Assembly: GCA_965261345.1 (NCBI GenBank) | Contig: OZ253449.1 | Span: 1,376,001 to 1,440,000 of the forward strand | Source of the DNA: Chloroflexota bacterium | GTDB taxonomy: Bacteria; Chloroflexota; UBA11872; VXNJ01 | Direction of reading: 5' to 3' | DNA length: 64,000 nt | In this document: positions 54,331 to 64,000 of the stretch, piece by piece | Position numbering within the stretch: position 1 is the stretch's first letter | How the letters are laid out: the number at the start of each line of letters is the position of its first letter | The notes under the pieces: model-generated | The model's input: only the letters and a program-made list of their open reading frames with translations | What the model was told of the DNA's origin: nothing | The model's database searches: none | Program-made: the position numbers and the translations under genes

Positions 54331-54364
54331 TAGCTTAAACAGGCTGTACAGCCTGTTTAAGCTA
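54331..54364. other. 34-bp perfect palindrome between convergent genes
   Basis: TAGCTTAAACAGGCTGT-ACAGCCTGTTTAAGCTA. Confidence 0.9.
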
Positions 54365-54368
54365 GCGA

Positions 54369-55178
54369 TCAGAGACCGGCCCCGGCCCCGCCGGCCCAGG
54401 CTCCCAGCGCCATTATTCCGCCGTCCACGCAGACGTACTCCCCGGTCATAAACGAGGCCCGATCGCTGGCCAAGAACAGGACTACGCTGGCAACCTCGGC
54501 CGGTTGACCGATGCGGCCCAGCGGATGGGCTCGCCCGTACTCGATCAACTCGGACTCGATCGAGCGGCCGGTGCTGCGGGCAGCGGTCCGTACCAGCGGA
54601 GTATCGATCGTTCCCGGGCAGACCGCCAGGACCCGGATGTTGTCCTTGGCAAAGTCGAGCGCGAGCTGGCGAACCAGCGAGAGATTGCCGCCCTTGCTGG
54701 CCGCATAGGCGGCCACCCCGGGCATGGACTGGAGTCCCTGCACGCTGGCGTTGTCGATGATTACCCCGCCGCCGCGCTGGCGCATGTGCGGGATCGCGTA
54801 CTTGGCCATCAGGAACCGGCTCTTCAGGTTCACCGCGATGATCCGGTCCCAGACCGACTCGGCCAGGGTGACGGCGTCGGCGTAGGATTCGGCCGGTTGA
54901 ATGCCGACGTTGTTAAAGACGATATCGATGCCGCCGAATTCGGCCACGGTCGCATCAACCAGCCGCAGGCAGTCGTTCGGATTCCCCAGGTCGGCTTCGA
55001 AGAACAACCCCTGTCCGCCGCGGTCGTTGATTGCAGCTACCGCTTGCCGCCCGGCTTCAGCATTGATGTCACCGACCGCGACCGCTGCCCCAGCCTGGGC
55101 GAAGGCGAGCGCAGCGGCCCGGCCGATCCCCAGCGCCCCGCCGGTGACTATTGCGATCTTTCCTGAAAAATCTTCCAT
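54369..55178 (-). CDS. Classical short-chain dehydrogenase/reductase
   Basis: VTGGALGIG, FNNVGI, ASVQG, YAASK, PGTIDT. Confidence 0.93.
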   Translation of the reverse strand: MEDFSGKIAIVTGGALGIGRAAALAFAQAGAAVAVGDINAEAGRQAVAAINDRGGQGLFFEADLGNPNDCLRLVDATVAEFGGIDIVFNNVGIQPAESYADAVTLAESVWDRIIAVNLKSRFLMAKYAIPHMRQRGGGVIIDNASVQGLQSMPGVAAYAASKGGNLSLVRQLALDFAKDNIRVLAVCPGTIDTPLVRTAARSTGRSIESELIEYGRAHPLGRIGQPAEVASVVLFLASDRASFMTGEYVCVDGGIMALGAWAGGAGAGL

Positions 55179-55357
55179 GCAAAGTGCTCACTTTGGCCGG
55201 TCAGCATACATTGCCCAATTCTGAAGCCGGCCGCAACCGATACCAGAACTGATCCGGACCGAGATCGCCGTGCGGTCCCACCGGGCCTCCAAACATTGCC
55301 GGTATGGAGAAATCGCCGGCACCGGGTCGATGGTGATTGCCGCGGTGGTCGTCCAGA

Positions 55358-55891
55358 TCAATCGACCGCCTGGATGGCGTACAGCACGTAGTCCACCGGC
55401 ACTCCCTGTTTGAGTGCGGCCCGGCGGAGCAACCCCTCGCGCCGATAACCCAATTTCTCCAGCACTCGCCTGGAGGCGTTGTTGTGCGTCTTTACCCGCG
55501 CGTATATGCGAATTAGGCCAAGCGTTTCGAAGCCATAGGCGGTGACCGCCTTAGCGGCCGCGGTCATGATCCCGCGCCCCCAGAATGGTGCACCCAGCCA
55601 GTAGCCGAGCGCGGCCGAGTGCCGGGTGTTGCCAGCGCGCGTTTTGAGGCCGATCGAGCCGATGGGCCCGGAGGCGTCGCAGATGGCCAGCTGTTCGATC
55701 GGATCGCGGCCAGATTGGAGGGCCACCCAGGCTTCGGCTTCGGCCCGGGTGTAGGGATGAGGAAACTCGTCACTTAGGTTTGCCCAGATTCGGTTATCGG
55801 CGGCAAGGGCGATGTATTGGTCCTGGTCTCCTCCGTTCCAAGCCAAATCCCAGTCCTGCAGGGGATAGACCTTGCCAAATTCAACTTTCAT
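55358..55891 (-). CDS. GNAT acetyltransferase (RimJ/RimL-like)
   Basis: FPHPYT, LGYWLGAPFWGRGIMT, NNASRRVLEKLGY..EG. Confidence 0.9.
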   Translation of the reverse strand: MKVEFGKVYPLQDWDLAWNGGDQDQYIALAADNRIWANLSDEFPHPYTRAEAEAWVALQSGRDPIEQLAICDASGPIGSIGLKTRAGNTRHSAALGYWLGAPFWGRGIMTAAAKAVTAYGFETLGLIRIYARVKTHNNASRRVLEKLGYRREGLLRRAALKQGVPVDYVLYAIQAVD

Positions 55892-56239
55892 ATCGATACC
55901 ATCGCCACCTGGTGCATCGCGACAGGACCGGCTCCACCTTCGCCTCGTGCAGGTTGGCGGAGGGTCTTCGAGGACGATTTTGCCAAGTGCATCCAGAAGC
56001 GCTGTCGGCCTGCGGCCGCTAAGCTAGCCGCCCAGGCCAAATTTGGTCAATCTACGGACCCGGCCGATTCTCAGGGCCCCGCCCCAACGATTGCGATTGT
56101 TCCGGAAAAATCTTCCCTCCGAGGCGCTCTCTACGACCGACCCCCTAGCAACGCCCGATTTTGCTGTCGACTGCGGCCAAGGGGCGTTGGATGACACCCT
56201 AATTTCGAGGCATCTGGGCGGGGCGCCGTCGGGCCCGCG

Positions 56240-56490
56240 GTCGCCACCGGTCGGCTGCCCGTTCGGGTACCTGATGGTTGTTGATGTATGCGACCGCTTC
56301 GCGCATCCCCGCTTGGCCTCCTGGGCCAGATTCTCCGCGTCGAACTCGCCCCCGCTGTCGATGATGGCCTCCATCGGTGCGTAGCCTGCTCGGTGACGGA
56401 GACGACCCTGACGCCCTGGCGTTGCAGCATGGACTTGAAGGCGACGGTGGGGCTCGCGCTGGCAGGGCAAGCGGGAGAATTTCAATATGC
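56240..56490 (-). pseudogene. Large serine recombinase N-terminal relic
   Basis: KFSR../AFKSMLQRQGVRVVSVTEQ/MEAIIDSGGEFDAENLAQEAKRG across frameshifts. Confidence 0.75.
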
Positions 56491-56511
56491 GGAGATCAGG
56501 AGAGGGATACG

Positions 56512-57444
56512 ATGCCGCACCCCGACCTCGCTGTCGTGACCGGCGCCTTTAGCTATACCGGCAGGTATGTCACCCGGCGTCTACTTGACCAAGGCGTCCG
56601 CGTCAGGACACTGACTCGCAGCCCGGATGCTGCGGACCCCTTTGATGGCCGAGTAGAGGTTGCTCCGCTGGACTTTTCCGACCTTGATGGGCTGTGCCGG
56701 TCGATGCGCGGAGCAGGCGTCTTCTACAACACCTACTGGGTGCGGTACGCACATGGCAGGACCACCTTCGACCTGGCAGTCGACAACACCAGGGCGCTGT
56801 TTGAGGCCGCTCAGAGGGCGGGCGTCGGCAGGATCGTCCACTTCTCGGTGACGAACGCTGCTTCTGGGTCCGGCCTGCCCTACTTCAGAGGCAAAGCCCG
56901 GGTGGAGGACATGCTCAAGGACCTTAAGGTCTCCCATGCAATCATCAGACCGACGCTGGTCTTCGGGGTTGGCGACCTGCTGCTCAACAACATGGCCTGG
57001 GCGTTGCGGCGCTTTCCCGTTTTCCCCGTCTACGGGAACGGCGACTATCCGGTCCAACCCGTCTACGTTAAAGACCTAGCGACCCAGGCGGTGGAGGCTG
57101 GCGCTCAGAGCGGGAACTCCGTGGCCGATGCCGCCGGGCCGGATACGTTTTCCTTTGAAGCCCTGCTTGGCCTGCTGGCCTCCTCAATTGACGTCCGTCC
57201 CAGGTTGGTACACACTCCCCCAGCGGTGGGCCTTGCCTTGACCGGACTGGTGGGCCTGCTGATGCGTGACGTGGTGCTCACCCGCGGTGAGGTTGACGGC
57301 CTGATGGCTGGCCTGCTGACTTCCAGCGAATCGCCGACCGGCACGACCAGGTTGGCCGACTGGCTCGACGACCACGCCGACGGGCTGGGTCGCCGGTACG
57401 TGTCTGAGCTTCGGCGAAACTTTCGTGGCCAGTCGCCATCATGA
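56512..57444 (+). CDS. NAD(P)H-binding atypical SDR/epimerase (NDUFA9-like)
   Basis: VTGAFSYTG, PYFRGKA, IIRPTLVFG, QPVYVKDLA; AGGAGAGGG RBS. Confidence 0.88.
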   Translation: MPHPDLAVVTGAFSYTGRYVTRRLLDQGVRVRTLTRSPDAADPFDGRVEVAPLDFSDLDGLCRSMRGAGVFYNTYWVRYAHGRTTFDLAVDNTRALFEAAQRAGVGRIVHFSVTNAASGSGLPYFRGKARVEDMLKDLKVSHAIIRPTLVFGVGDLLLNNMAWALRRFPVFPVYGNGDYPVQPVYVKDLATQAVEAGAQSGNSVADAAGPDTFSFEALLGLLASSIDVRPRLVHTPPAVGLALTGLVGLLMRDVVLTRGEVDGLMAGLLTSSESPTGTTRLADWLDDHADGLGRRYVSELRRNFRGQSPS

Positions 57445-57519
57445 CGAAGCGGGTCAGGGTCGGCGGTGCGCCCCGCTGTGAATGCGAAGTAGCAGACTCT
57501 GGTGAGCTTGCCCGGCCCA

Positions 57520-57650
57520 GCCACATCTCGATGGCGGTCTCGCCGGATATGGATATGAGGCTATCGCCTGGCTTGGGGATGATGGCGTAGCCCATCAGGG
57601 CGTTGCCGGGTATCGCGATGATCTCCTTGGCGAAGGCCTCGATTGAGAAT
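57520..57650 (-). pseudogene. Possible C-terminal relic of a large serine recombinase
   Basis: IEAFAKEIIAIPGNALMGYAIIPKPGDSLI resembles, from recall, C-termini of Dehalococcoidia-type recombinases; short and unverified. Confidence 0.4.
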
Positions 57651-57953
57651 TGAAGTCTCCGACCGCGACCGCAAGCGCCAGCTTGGTCAGCTTTCCGTCC
57701 AACTTGCTCACCCCTTAAAAACCGGGCGCTATCCAACATCTTCCGATCCGTTCCGATCGGCACCGCTAGCCCCGAACCGATCGCCAGATTTGCAACTATC
57801 CGGTGTTGCGCCGGCGCGGATCGGCGGAATGATGGGCTGTGTCGCCTCCACCGAAAAAAGGGGGAGCGGTTACCCCCGAGGGGGATTCTTTAGGCGAGCA
57901 GCGTGCGGGGATAGCCCTGGCAGTTACCGCGACTAGGCTTTTTTGGATTGAGC

Positions 57954-58508
57954 CTATGGTGAGGCGTTAACCATCCCGAGCAGCCTGAGAACGGTCCGCC
58001 AGTTCCGCATCGTGCTAATGGTTTGCAATCGTGCGTCCAAATACGCGTTGGTCAGCTTGCTCCGGGCAACGCCGTTGGGGTAGTGCAGGTATACGTTGGG
58101 TCCGCGCACGGCGAAAACGTCCGGTGGCGAGTGATCTGGATCAAGCTGGGCGATCGCTGCAGCACTGGGTACGTCTTTTAGAAATGCCACGTGCAGGAAG
58201 CGCGGGTCGCCTGACGTATCGAAGGGTTTCGACGCTGCGATTTGGCCGAGCTCTTCGGCTGATCGTACGGTGACGGTGGTGCTGATGCCAAGCTGATCAC
58301 AGATGGCCCGCATCACGAGCTGGGGAACCCGTCCGGCCAGGTCCGGAGCTGCGTTAAACACCACGTTCCCGCTCTGAATATAGGTGCGCACACCCGTGCA
58401 GCCGAGGGCGCTAAAGATATCCCTGAGCGCTGCCATCGGCAACTTGTTCTTGCCGCCGACATTGATGCCGCGAAGGAGCCCAACATGGCGCCGTTTACCC
58501 GGTGTCAT
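57954..58508 (-). CDS. DUF1697 family protein
   Basis: LLRGINVGGKNKLPMAALR, VRTYIQSGNVVF, TMRNWRTV. Confidence 0.92.
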   Translation of the reverse strand: MTPGKRRHVGLLRGINVGGKNKLPMAALRDIFSALGCTGVRTYIQSGNVVFNAAPDLAGRVPQLVMRAICDQLGISTTVTVRSAEELGQIAASKPFDTSGDPRFLHVAFLKDVPSAAAIAQLDPDHSPPDVFAVRGPNVYLHYPNGVARSKLTNAYLDARLQTISTMRNWRTVLRLLGMVNASP

Positions 58509-58765
58509 CGATCACCGATCCGACAATGCCCGCAACTGCCACTCGAAAATTGAGGCCAGCGCCGGAATTTGCCTATTCTGCGACGCTGGGAAGAAACGCC
58601 CTCGCGCCGACCGCGCCGCTTGGGTCTACCGGTTGTCGGTGGGCCAACGTGTCCTGTCCGGCGAACTTTCGAGTTGGTGGTGGCGCTGTGGGCCTGCACG
58701 GAACCCTTGGCGCGGCGCAATCCGCTTGAGGGTGACGGGCGGGAATGAACGCCGGTGATTCGGCC

Positions 58766-59917
58766 TCAGCCGACATCGGCGAAATGTGGCATCACCGAGG
58801 TCGCGAAGTTCTCCAGGTTCTTCAGTGACTTGCGCAGCGGCATGCCCATGTGGGAGAACTCGACGAGGAGATAGTCCAGGTTGCAAACCTCCTGCAACTC
58901 TCGGACTTTCGCGACCACATGCTCTGGCGAGCCCACCACCAGCGTGCGCGGCTCCAGGAAATCCCAGCCGAGATTCACGCTGGGGTCCAAGGTCTCGTCT
59001 GGGTTCGTAAAGACCTGCCGGCCACGAAACGGGTCGTTGAACACGAAGGAAGACATGATCCCCTCTTCCGCGTCCCGGCGCGCCTCCTCCATTGAAGAGG
59101 CGACATAGGTGGAGCGCATGACTGCCTGATCTTCCCCCACGGCGAACGGTCTGCCCTCCCGTTCGGACCTGACGTTGGCGTACAGCTCCATTCGCTGCCT
59201 GATTCTGAGCGCCGGCGGCTGCCAGTAGCACGCTTTCAGTCCGAGTTTTGCCGCGGTTGCGACGGAGCGGTCGGTGGAGACGGTCATCCACAGCGGAGGA
59301 TGCGGCCGCTGGTAGGGCCTCGGAGTGACCCGCAGCTTCGTGACTCTCTCGCCGTCCTGCCAGGCCGGATTTGGCGGATAGAGCGGGTGCGAGAAAACTG
59401 TGTTTTCGGCCGGGAAGCGGTAGTTGGTCCCGTGGTGTGAGAAATACTCGCTGGTCCAGATCTCGCGCACGATCTCTACGGTCTCTGCGAACAGCTCCCG
59501 GTTCTCGCTGTCCTTGCGCGGGTCGGCGTTGGGATGGAACTGGGGGCCCTCGTACGGCCAAATTCCTCGGCCGAATCCGACGTCTATGCGTCCCTGGGTC
59601 ATGTTGTCCAGAATTGCCAGATCCTCAGCCAGGCGAATCGGATGCCACCACGGAGCGATGTTCGCCATCTGTCCGATGCGAATCGTGGACGTCCGCGCCG
59701 CCAGATCCGCGCCGAGCAGGATCGGATTCGGGACATCGCCCACCCCGTAGGGCCCAAAGTGGTGCTCACCGAGCCACATCGCCTCGAAGCCGAGTGCCTC
59801 GGCCAGGATGGTCTGCTGCCTGAGGTTGTCCAGCAGGCCGACGGTACTCGTGGCTTCACCGGCAGAGCCTGCGACCGTCGTGAACGCGGCAAATCTCATG
59901 CGTGCATTTTCCGCCAC
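58766..59917 (-). CDS. LLM-class (luciferase-like) flavin-dependent monooxygenase
   Basis: WLGEHHF, AARTSTIRIG, HPIRLAEDLAILD, GRIDVGFGRG, PRPYQRPHPPLW, VGSPEHV. Confidence 0.93.
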   Translation of the reverse strand: MAENARMRFAAFTTVAGSAGEATSTVGLLDNLRQQTILAEALGFEAMWLGEHHFGPYGVGDVPNPILLGADLAARTSTIRIGQMANIAPWWHPIRLAEDLAILDNMTQGRIDVGFGRGIWPYEGPQFHPNADPRKDSENRELFAETVEIVREIWTSEYFSHHGTNYRFPAENTVFSHPLYPPNPAWQDGERVTKLRVTPRPYQRPHPPLWMTVSTDRSVATAAKLGLKACYWQPPALRIRQRMELYANVRSEREGRPFAVGEDQAVMRSTYVASSMEEARRDAEEGIMSSFVFNDPFRGRQVFTNPDETLDPSVNLGWDFLEPRTLVVGSPEHVVAKVRELQEVCNLDYLLVEFSHMGMPLRKSLKNLENFATSVMPHFADVG

Positions 59918-60789
59918 AGATGGGGAACGTCTAGCTCACAGTCGTATCGACGAGCCCGCACTGATTTACCCTTACCCGGACGAAGTGAATCCATCGTCGT
60001 CCCCTGATAGCAAATCTAATATCGCACAGGCGAACCGGTCGTATTGGATCCGAGGTCTGCTCTGATGTCAGGAACTACCTCATGCCACGAAGAGAGAACC
60101 GCGGCATGATCCAGACCGTGCTGGGTCCCGTGTCACGATCGGATCTGGGCCCTACAACGATGCACGAGCACGTTTACGCCGACTTCTCCGGCATGCTTCG
60201 CCCGGCCCAGGACTCGCCATCACCGGAACTGGCGGAGGCTCCGATCAGGCTGGGGCATCTGGGCTGGATTCGGCGCAATTACTACAGCAACCGCTCGAAT
60301 CTTGAGTTGGTCGATCTCGATACCACGGTCAGAGAAGTGGCGATGTACCGGAACCTCGGAGGCGGCGCGATCGTGGATGCGACGACGACGGGCATCGGAC
60401 GCAACCCCGCGGCGTTGGCCCGAATCTCTCGCGAATCGGGCGTGCACATCATCATGGGCGCCGGATTCTATGTGGGTGCGCTCCACCCCGAGGGTATGGA
60501 CGAGCGAAGCGTGGATGATCTGGCACTTGAAATTGTTTCCGACCTCACCGACGGGGTCGACCGCACCGGGATCAAGGCGGGGATTATCGGGGAAATTGGC
60601 TGCACCTGGCCCCTGACGACAAACGAGCGCAAATCTCTTCAGGCAGCGGCGATTGCGCTGTTGGCGGACACTAGAAACTGTCCGGACGCGGACACGAAAA
60701 CTGTCCGCTCATGGCCACCAAAACTGTCCGCTAGCGGACAGTTTTTACAGTGCCCAATTCCGCTGATCCCTCCTCATTGTTTTTCACTA

Positions 60790-61550
60790 TCAGGTCAGCG
60801 GCAACACCCCTTTCCCGGCCGTGGCCTTAAGTCAACCGGATACTATCGCCCTGGGTTAGCACCACATGCGCATGATGGAGCAACCGGTCCACCGCGGCAT
60901 TGGCAATGGCCTTGGGCATGAGCTCGTCAAACCCGGCCGGATGCAGGTTGGACGAGAGCGCGATCGACCTGGTCTCGTAGGCCGCATCGATAACCCGGAA
61001 GAACGCTTCGGCGGTCTCAGTAGCCACCGGCAAAAGCCCGATGTCGTCGATGACGATCAGGTCGGCCTTGAAGGATCCTTAAGATCGCCCTGCCGATGGA
61101 GTAATCGACGCTGTGGCGCCTGGCCAGCGATCCCAATTGCTCAAGCGAGAACCAGGAGACTTTGCGCCCATCCTCGACCGCCAGCTGCCCCAAACCCTCT
61201 AGGAAGTGGGTCTTACCGGTACCGGACGGCCCGCAGACGACCAGGTTCTCCCTGCGCTCGATCCACTCCAGCGTCCTTAGCGCCCGTTGCGTAGGAGCAG
61301 GGATCGAAGATAGATCCTCGTCCCAGGCGTCAAAGGTCTTGCCGGTGGGGAAGCTCGCAGCCTGGCGCCGCAGCCGCACCGATGATGCCGCCCGCCCGGC
61401 GATCTCCTCGGTAAGTAATGCCTTGACCGCCTCGGCCGGATCCCAGCGCTGCGCCTTAGCGGTTGCCAAAAGATCGGGGGTGATCCGGCGCATGTAGGGA
61501 AGACGCAGGATCCTGAGCTGGGATATGACCTCGTCTACCAGGGCGGTCAT
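60790..61550 (-). pseudogene. istB: IstB transposition helper ATPase with two +1 frameshifts
   Basis: CGPSGTGKTH, (L)IVIDDIG, LSSNL, VDRLLHHAH. Confidence 0.88.
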
Positions 61551-63042
61551 CGGGAATCACCCGCCATCCCGAAGTCCTGCCAACCGGACGTGCCGCTTTG
61601 GAGCAGGGAGCTATCGCCGGCGCGGCGGCGACTGCCCGACGCCGGCGACTCGATGATCGAGCCGATATCGCCGAAGCCGAAGCGCCCATGGTCGGCGGCG
61701 ATCCCCAGGGCCCTGTCGACTGTTTCGCTGCGGTGCAGACGTGACAGGGTCACGATCTCGTCCAGCTTGGCTCCAATTCTTCCCGACCCGCTCTGGGAAG
61801 CTTTGAGCAACCAGCGCTCGGCGTTGGTACCAATCCCCAGGAACGCTCGCTCGCGCTCGGTCCTAGCTTGCGGCCGGCGCCGGAGTGATCCCGGTGGGGC
61901 GGCCGGGAAGTGGGAGGGATCGATGACCCTTCTTCCCGGCAAGGCGCAGCGGTGTCTGGCGACCTCGGTTAATCCGCCGGCTGCGGGCGCGACAACTACC
62001 AGCTCGTCACCCTCTGACCGCACCCATACGGTCTCGTCAGCGAAGGCATGAGGAACCGAATATTGGGCCCCGCCGAAGCTGATCAGGGAGGTGCGGTTGG
62101 CCCGGCGGGTTACACCGAAGGCGACGGTAAACGGCGATCGCGGCAGGGGATGCAGGGAACTTTGCTCTTGGCTGAGCATCTGATCCGGGGCCTGGGCGGT
62201 GATACGGTGCTGGCGGGCGTTTACGGTGTCGGTGAACGCCTGGCAGGCGCCGACCAGCTCTGCCCAGGAAGAGTAAGCCGGCCGCAGGTTGGCGGTGGTC
62301 GGCACCAGGTCGGCCTTGGCGATCCTCACTGTTGCTTCGGATCCACCCTTGGATTGGGGATCAGCCGGTTGGCAGGTGGTGATCGTGGTGCCGTAGTGGG
62401 CTCCGCAGGCGACCATGAGCGGGTGTCTTACCGATATGCCGGCGATGTGCTCGGTCGTAACCGTCTTCTCGTTGTCGGTTAGCCAATAGGTGGGAACACC
62501 GCCGAAGGAGTGCATGGCCCGGTCCAGACAGGCAATTACGGTCTCCAATCTGCGATCGCGCACCGGGATGACCACCCGGAAGCGCGACCACGCCAGCCAG
62601 GCACAGAAGAGGGAGGTCCTAAGCCCGTTTATCCGGGGACCCTCGCCCCAGTCCCACCCAAGCCCACATCCCTGGCTCGGTCACCTGAGGGCCGGAAGAT
62701 GCGGCGGTTGTCTTTGCGGTGAGAGCGCTTGGCTTCGGCGACCGCTCTTCTGACCGTGCGCTCGGATCCGGCAAAGCCCATCGCCTTGAGCTTCTGATGG
62801 CAAATGTCGGCCCTGACGTTGCCCTTAGAGCGGGAGATCCACTCCTCGATCTTGGGTCGGTAGGGGTCGATCTTGGAGGGACGCCGTTTGGGCGACCTGG
62901 TTTGCAGTTGACCGCGGGCACGCCGGGCAACGTAATCGGCCACGGTCACATGCGAACAGCCGCAAAGTCGGGCAGCCGCCTTATATGAACCGGTCAGGTC
63001 GAATGCTTCAAGAATTTTCATTGCTTCCTCATGAGACTTCAT
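61547..63042 (-). pseudogene. istA: IstA transposase with about two frameshifts near 62650-62690
   Basis: N-terminal HTH (AARLCGCSHVTV), GGVPTYWLTDNEK, DPQSKGGSE, YSVP; overlaps the istB start. Confidence 0.88.
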
Positions 63043-64000
63043 ATGCGACCCCTGCTTGGTGATGCGCGTCTTGCATGACTCGCAAGTCAAGCAGGGGGAG
63101 CACCCGGCGCAGGTCATTTCCTCGCCGGGATTAAATCGTTGTGAGAGGAGAGATCAGGCGGTCAGGGGCACGCTCTCAAATGGCCGCCAGCGGACAGTTT
63201 TCGTGACCGCCAGCGGACACTTATCATGGCCGCCACCGGACAGAAACCAATGTCCGTCCACATGCGCAGCGGGAAACGGGGGCGGCGATCACGATTCATC
63301 CTGGACGAAACCCGCAGGCGCCCACGGAGATACTCGAACTGCTCGCCAACAGTGGGGCAGACATCTCCCGGGTGATCATGGGACATCTGGACCGCACGGT
63401 GTTCGCGTTCGATGCGCTGCTCAGCGTCGCCGAGTCGGGCTGTTGCCTCGAATGGGATCTGTTCGGCAATGAGGGGTCTTACTACCCGCAGGCCCAACTC
63501 GACATGCCCAGCGACGCTCGGCGGCTGGATTTCATCAGGCACGTAATCGATGCGGGTTATGGCGACCGAGTGGTCACCGGGCAGGACATCTTCACCAAGC
63601 ACCGGCTGGTCACTTATGGCGGGCACGGCTACGGCCACATCCTCGAAAACATCGTGCCCACGATGCGGCGCAAGGGCTTTTTGGAGGACGAAATTCGAGC
63701 GATGACAGAGGACAACCCAGCCAACATCCTCGCTCTTGCATGACCGTCCCTGAAGGGCGGTACCGAGCTCTAGGACCGAAATCAGTCTCAAGCTGGTTTG
63801 CCGCGCACTCATCGGGGCGTGCGTTGGACGCTGCAATGCCCCGTGGACTCGGAAGTTGTTGCCAGAGCGAAGAATCCAATCCTGAAATCACCGGGGACAT
63901 CTCCGTTCGGCATATACCTTGGCCCAGGATTGTCGGGGTCGGTGCTAAATTGCCACCTCGGAAAGCAAGTCGGCATTGCCCGGCGAACTAACTAACCGGT

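Larger units (their letters stand above)
60659..63262 (-). mobile_element. IS21-family insertion sequence, 2604 bp, 5-bp target duplication TGCGC
   Basis: TG..CA ends (TGTTGGCGGACA / TGTCCGTCCACA), multiple subterminal CTGTCCG/CGGACA repeats, TGCGC at 60654..60658 and 63263..63267. Confidence 0.93.
60082..63743 (+). pseudogene. Phosphotriesterase-family amidohydrolase split by IS21 (segments 60082..60658 and 63268..63743)
   Basis: TTMHEHV, GIIGEIG, then after removing the IS AAIAQRETGAAITIHPGRNP..IMGHLDRT..GQDIFTK..DNPA in one frame. Confidence 0.93.

Noticed and set aside
55910-56030. RRVFEDDFAKCIQKRC resembling a NuoF C-terminus
   Set aside because: Too short and degenerate to call without a search
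6660-59561. Numerous long overlapping or antisense ORFs in the track (e.g. 6660..7487, 7262..8098, 42124..42903, 58626..59561)
   Set aside because: Arg/Pro/Gly-rich shadow frames of well-supported genes, expected at high GC

Overview
GC-rich bacterial accessory region, most consistent with a Chloroflexota genome and possibly a marine or sponge-associated one (inference from gene content: LLM monooxygenase, sulfatases, DUF1800/DUF1501/NHL locus, giant cadherin/Fn3 surface protein with a Chloroflexi-type C-terminal module, ankyrin protein). It is a mosaic of about 45 catabolic, transport and surface genes, two IS elements with both ends and target duplications visible (an IS1202/ISNCY-type element inside a TA promoter, and an IS21 splitting a phosphotriesterase gene), a degenerate tRNA-Arg(CCT) and many gene relics. 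Many otherwise intact genes carry single extra bases or single in-frame stops, so some breaks may be consensus errors rather than real pseudogenes. The best candidates for uncharacterised systems are a signal-peptide-less DUF1800-DUF1501-NHL operon, a membrane trypsin-like protease with DNA-identical 441-bp Ig-like repeats next to a TM0106 nuclease-helicase and an ankyrin gene, a Rieske protein fused to a His-motif helical domain, and a ~2300-codon adhesin. No rRNA or CRISPR array was seen. All family assignments come from motif recognition by eye, not from database searches.
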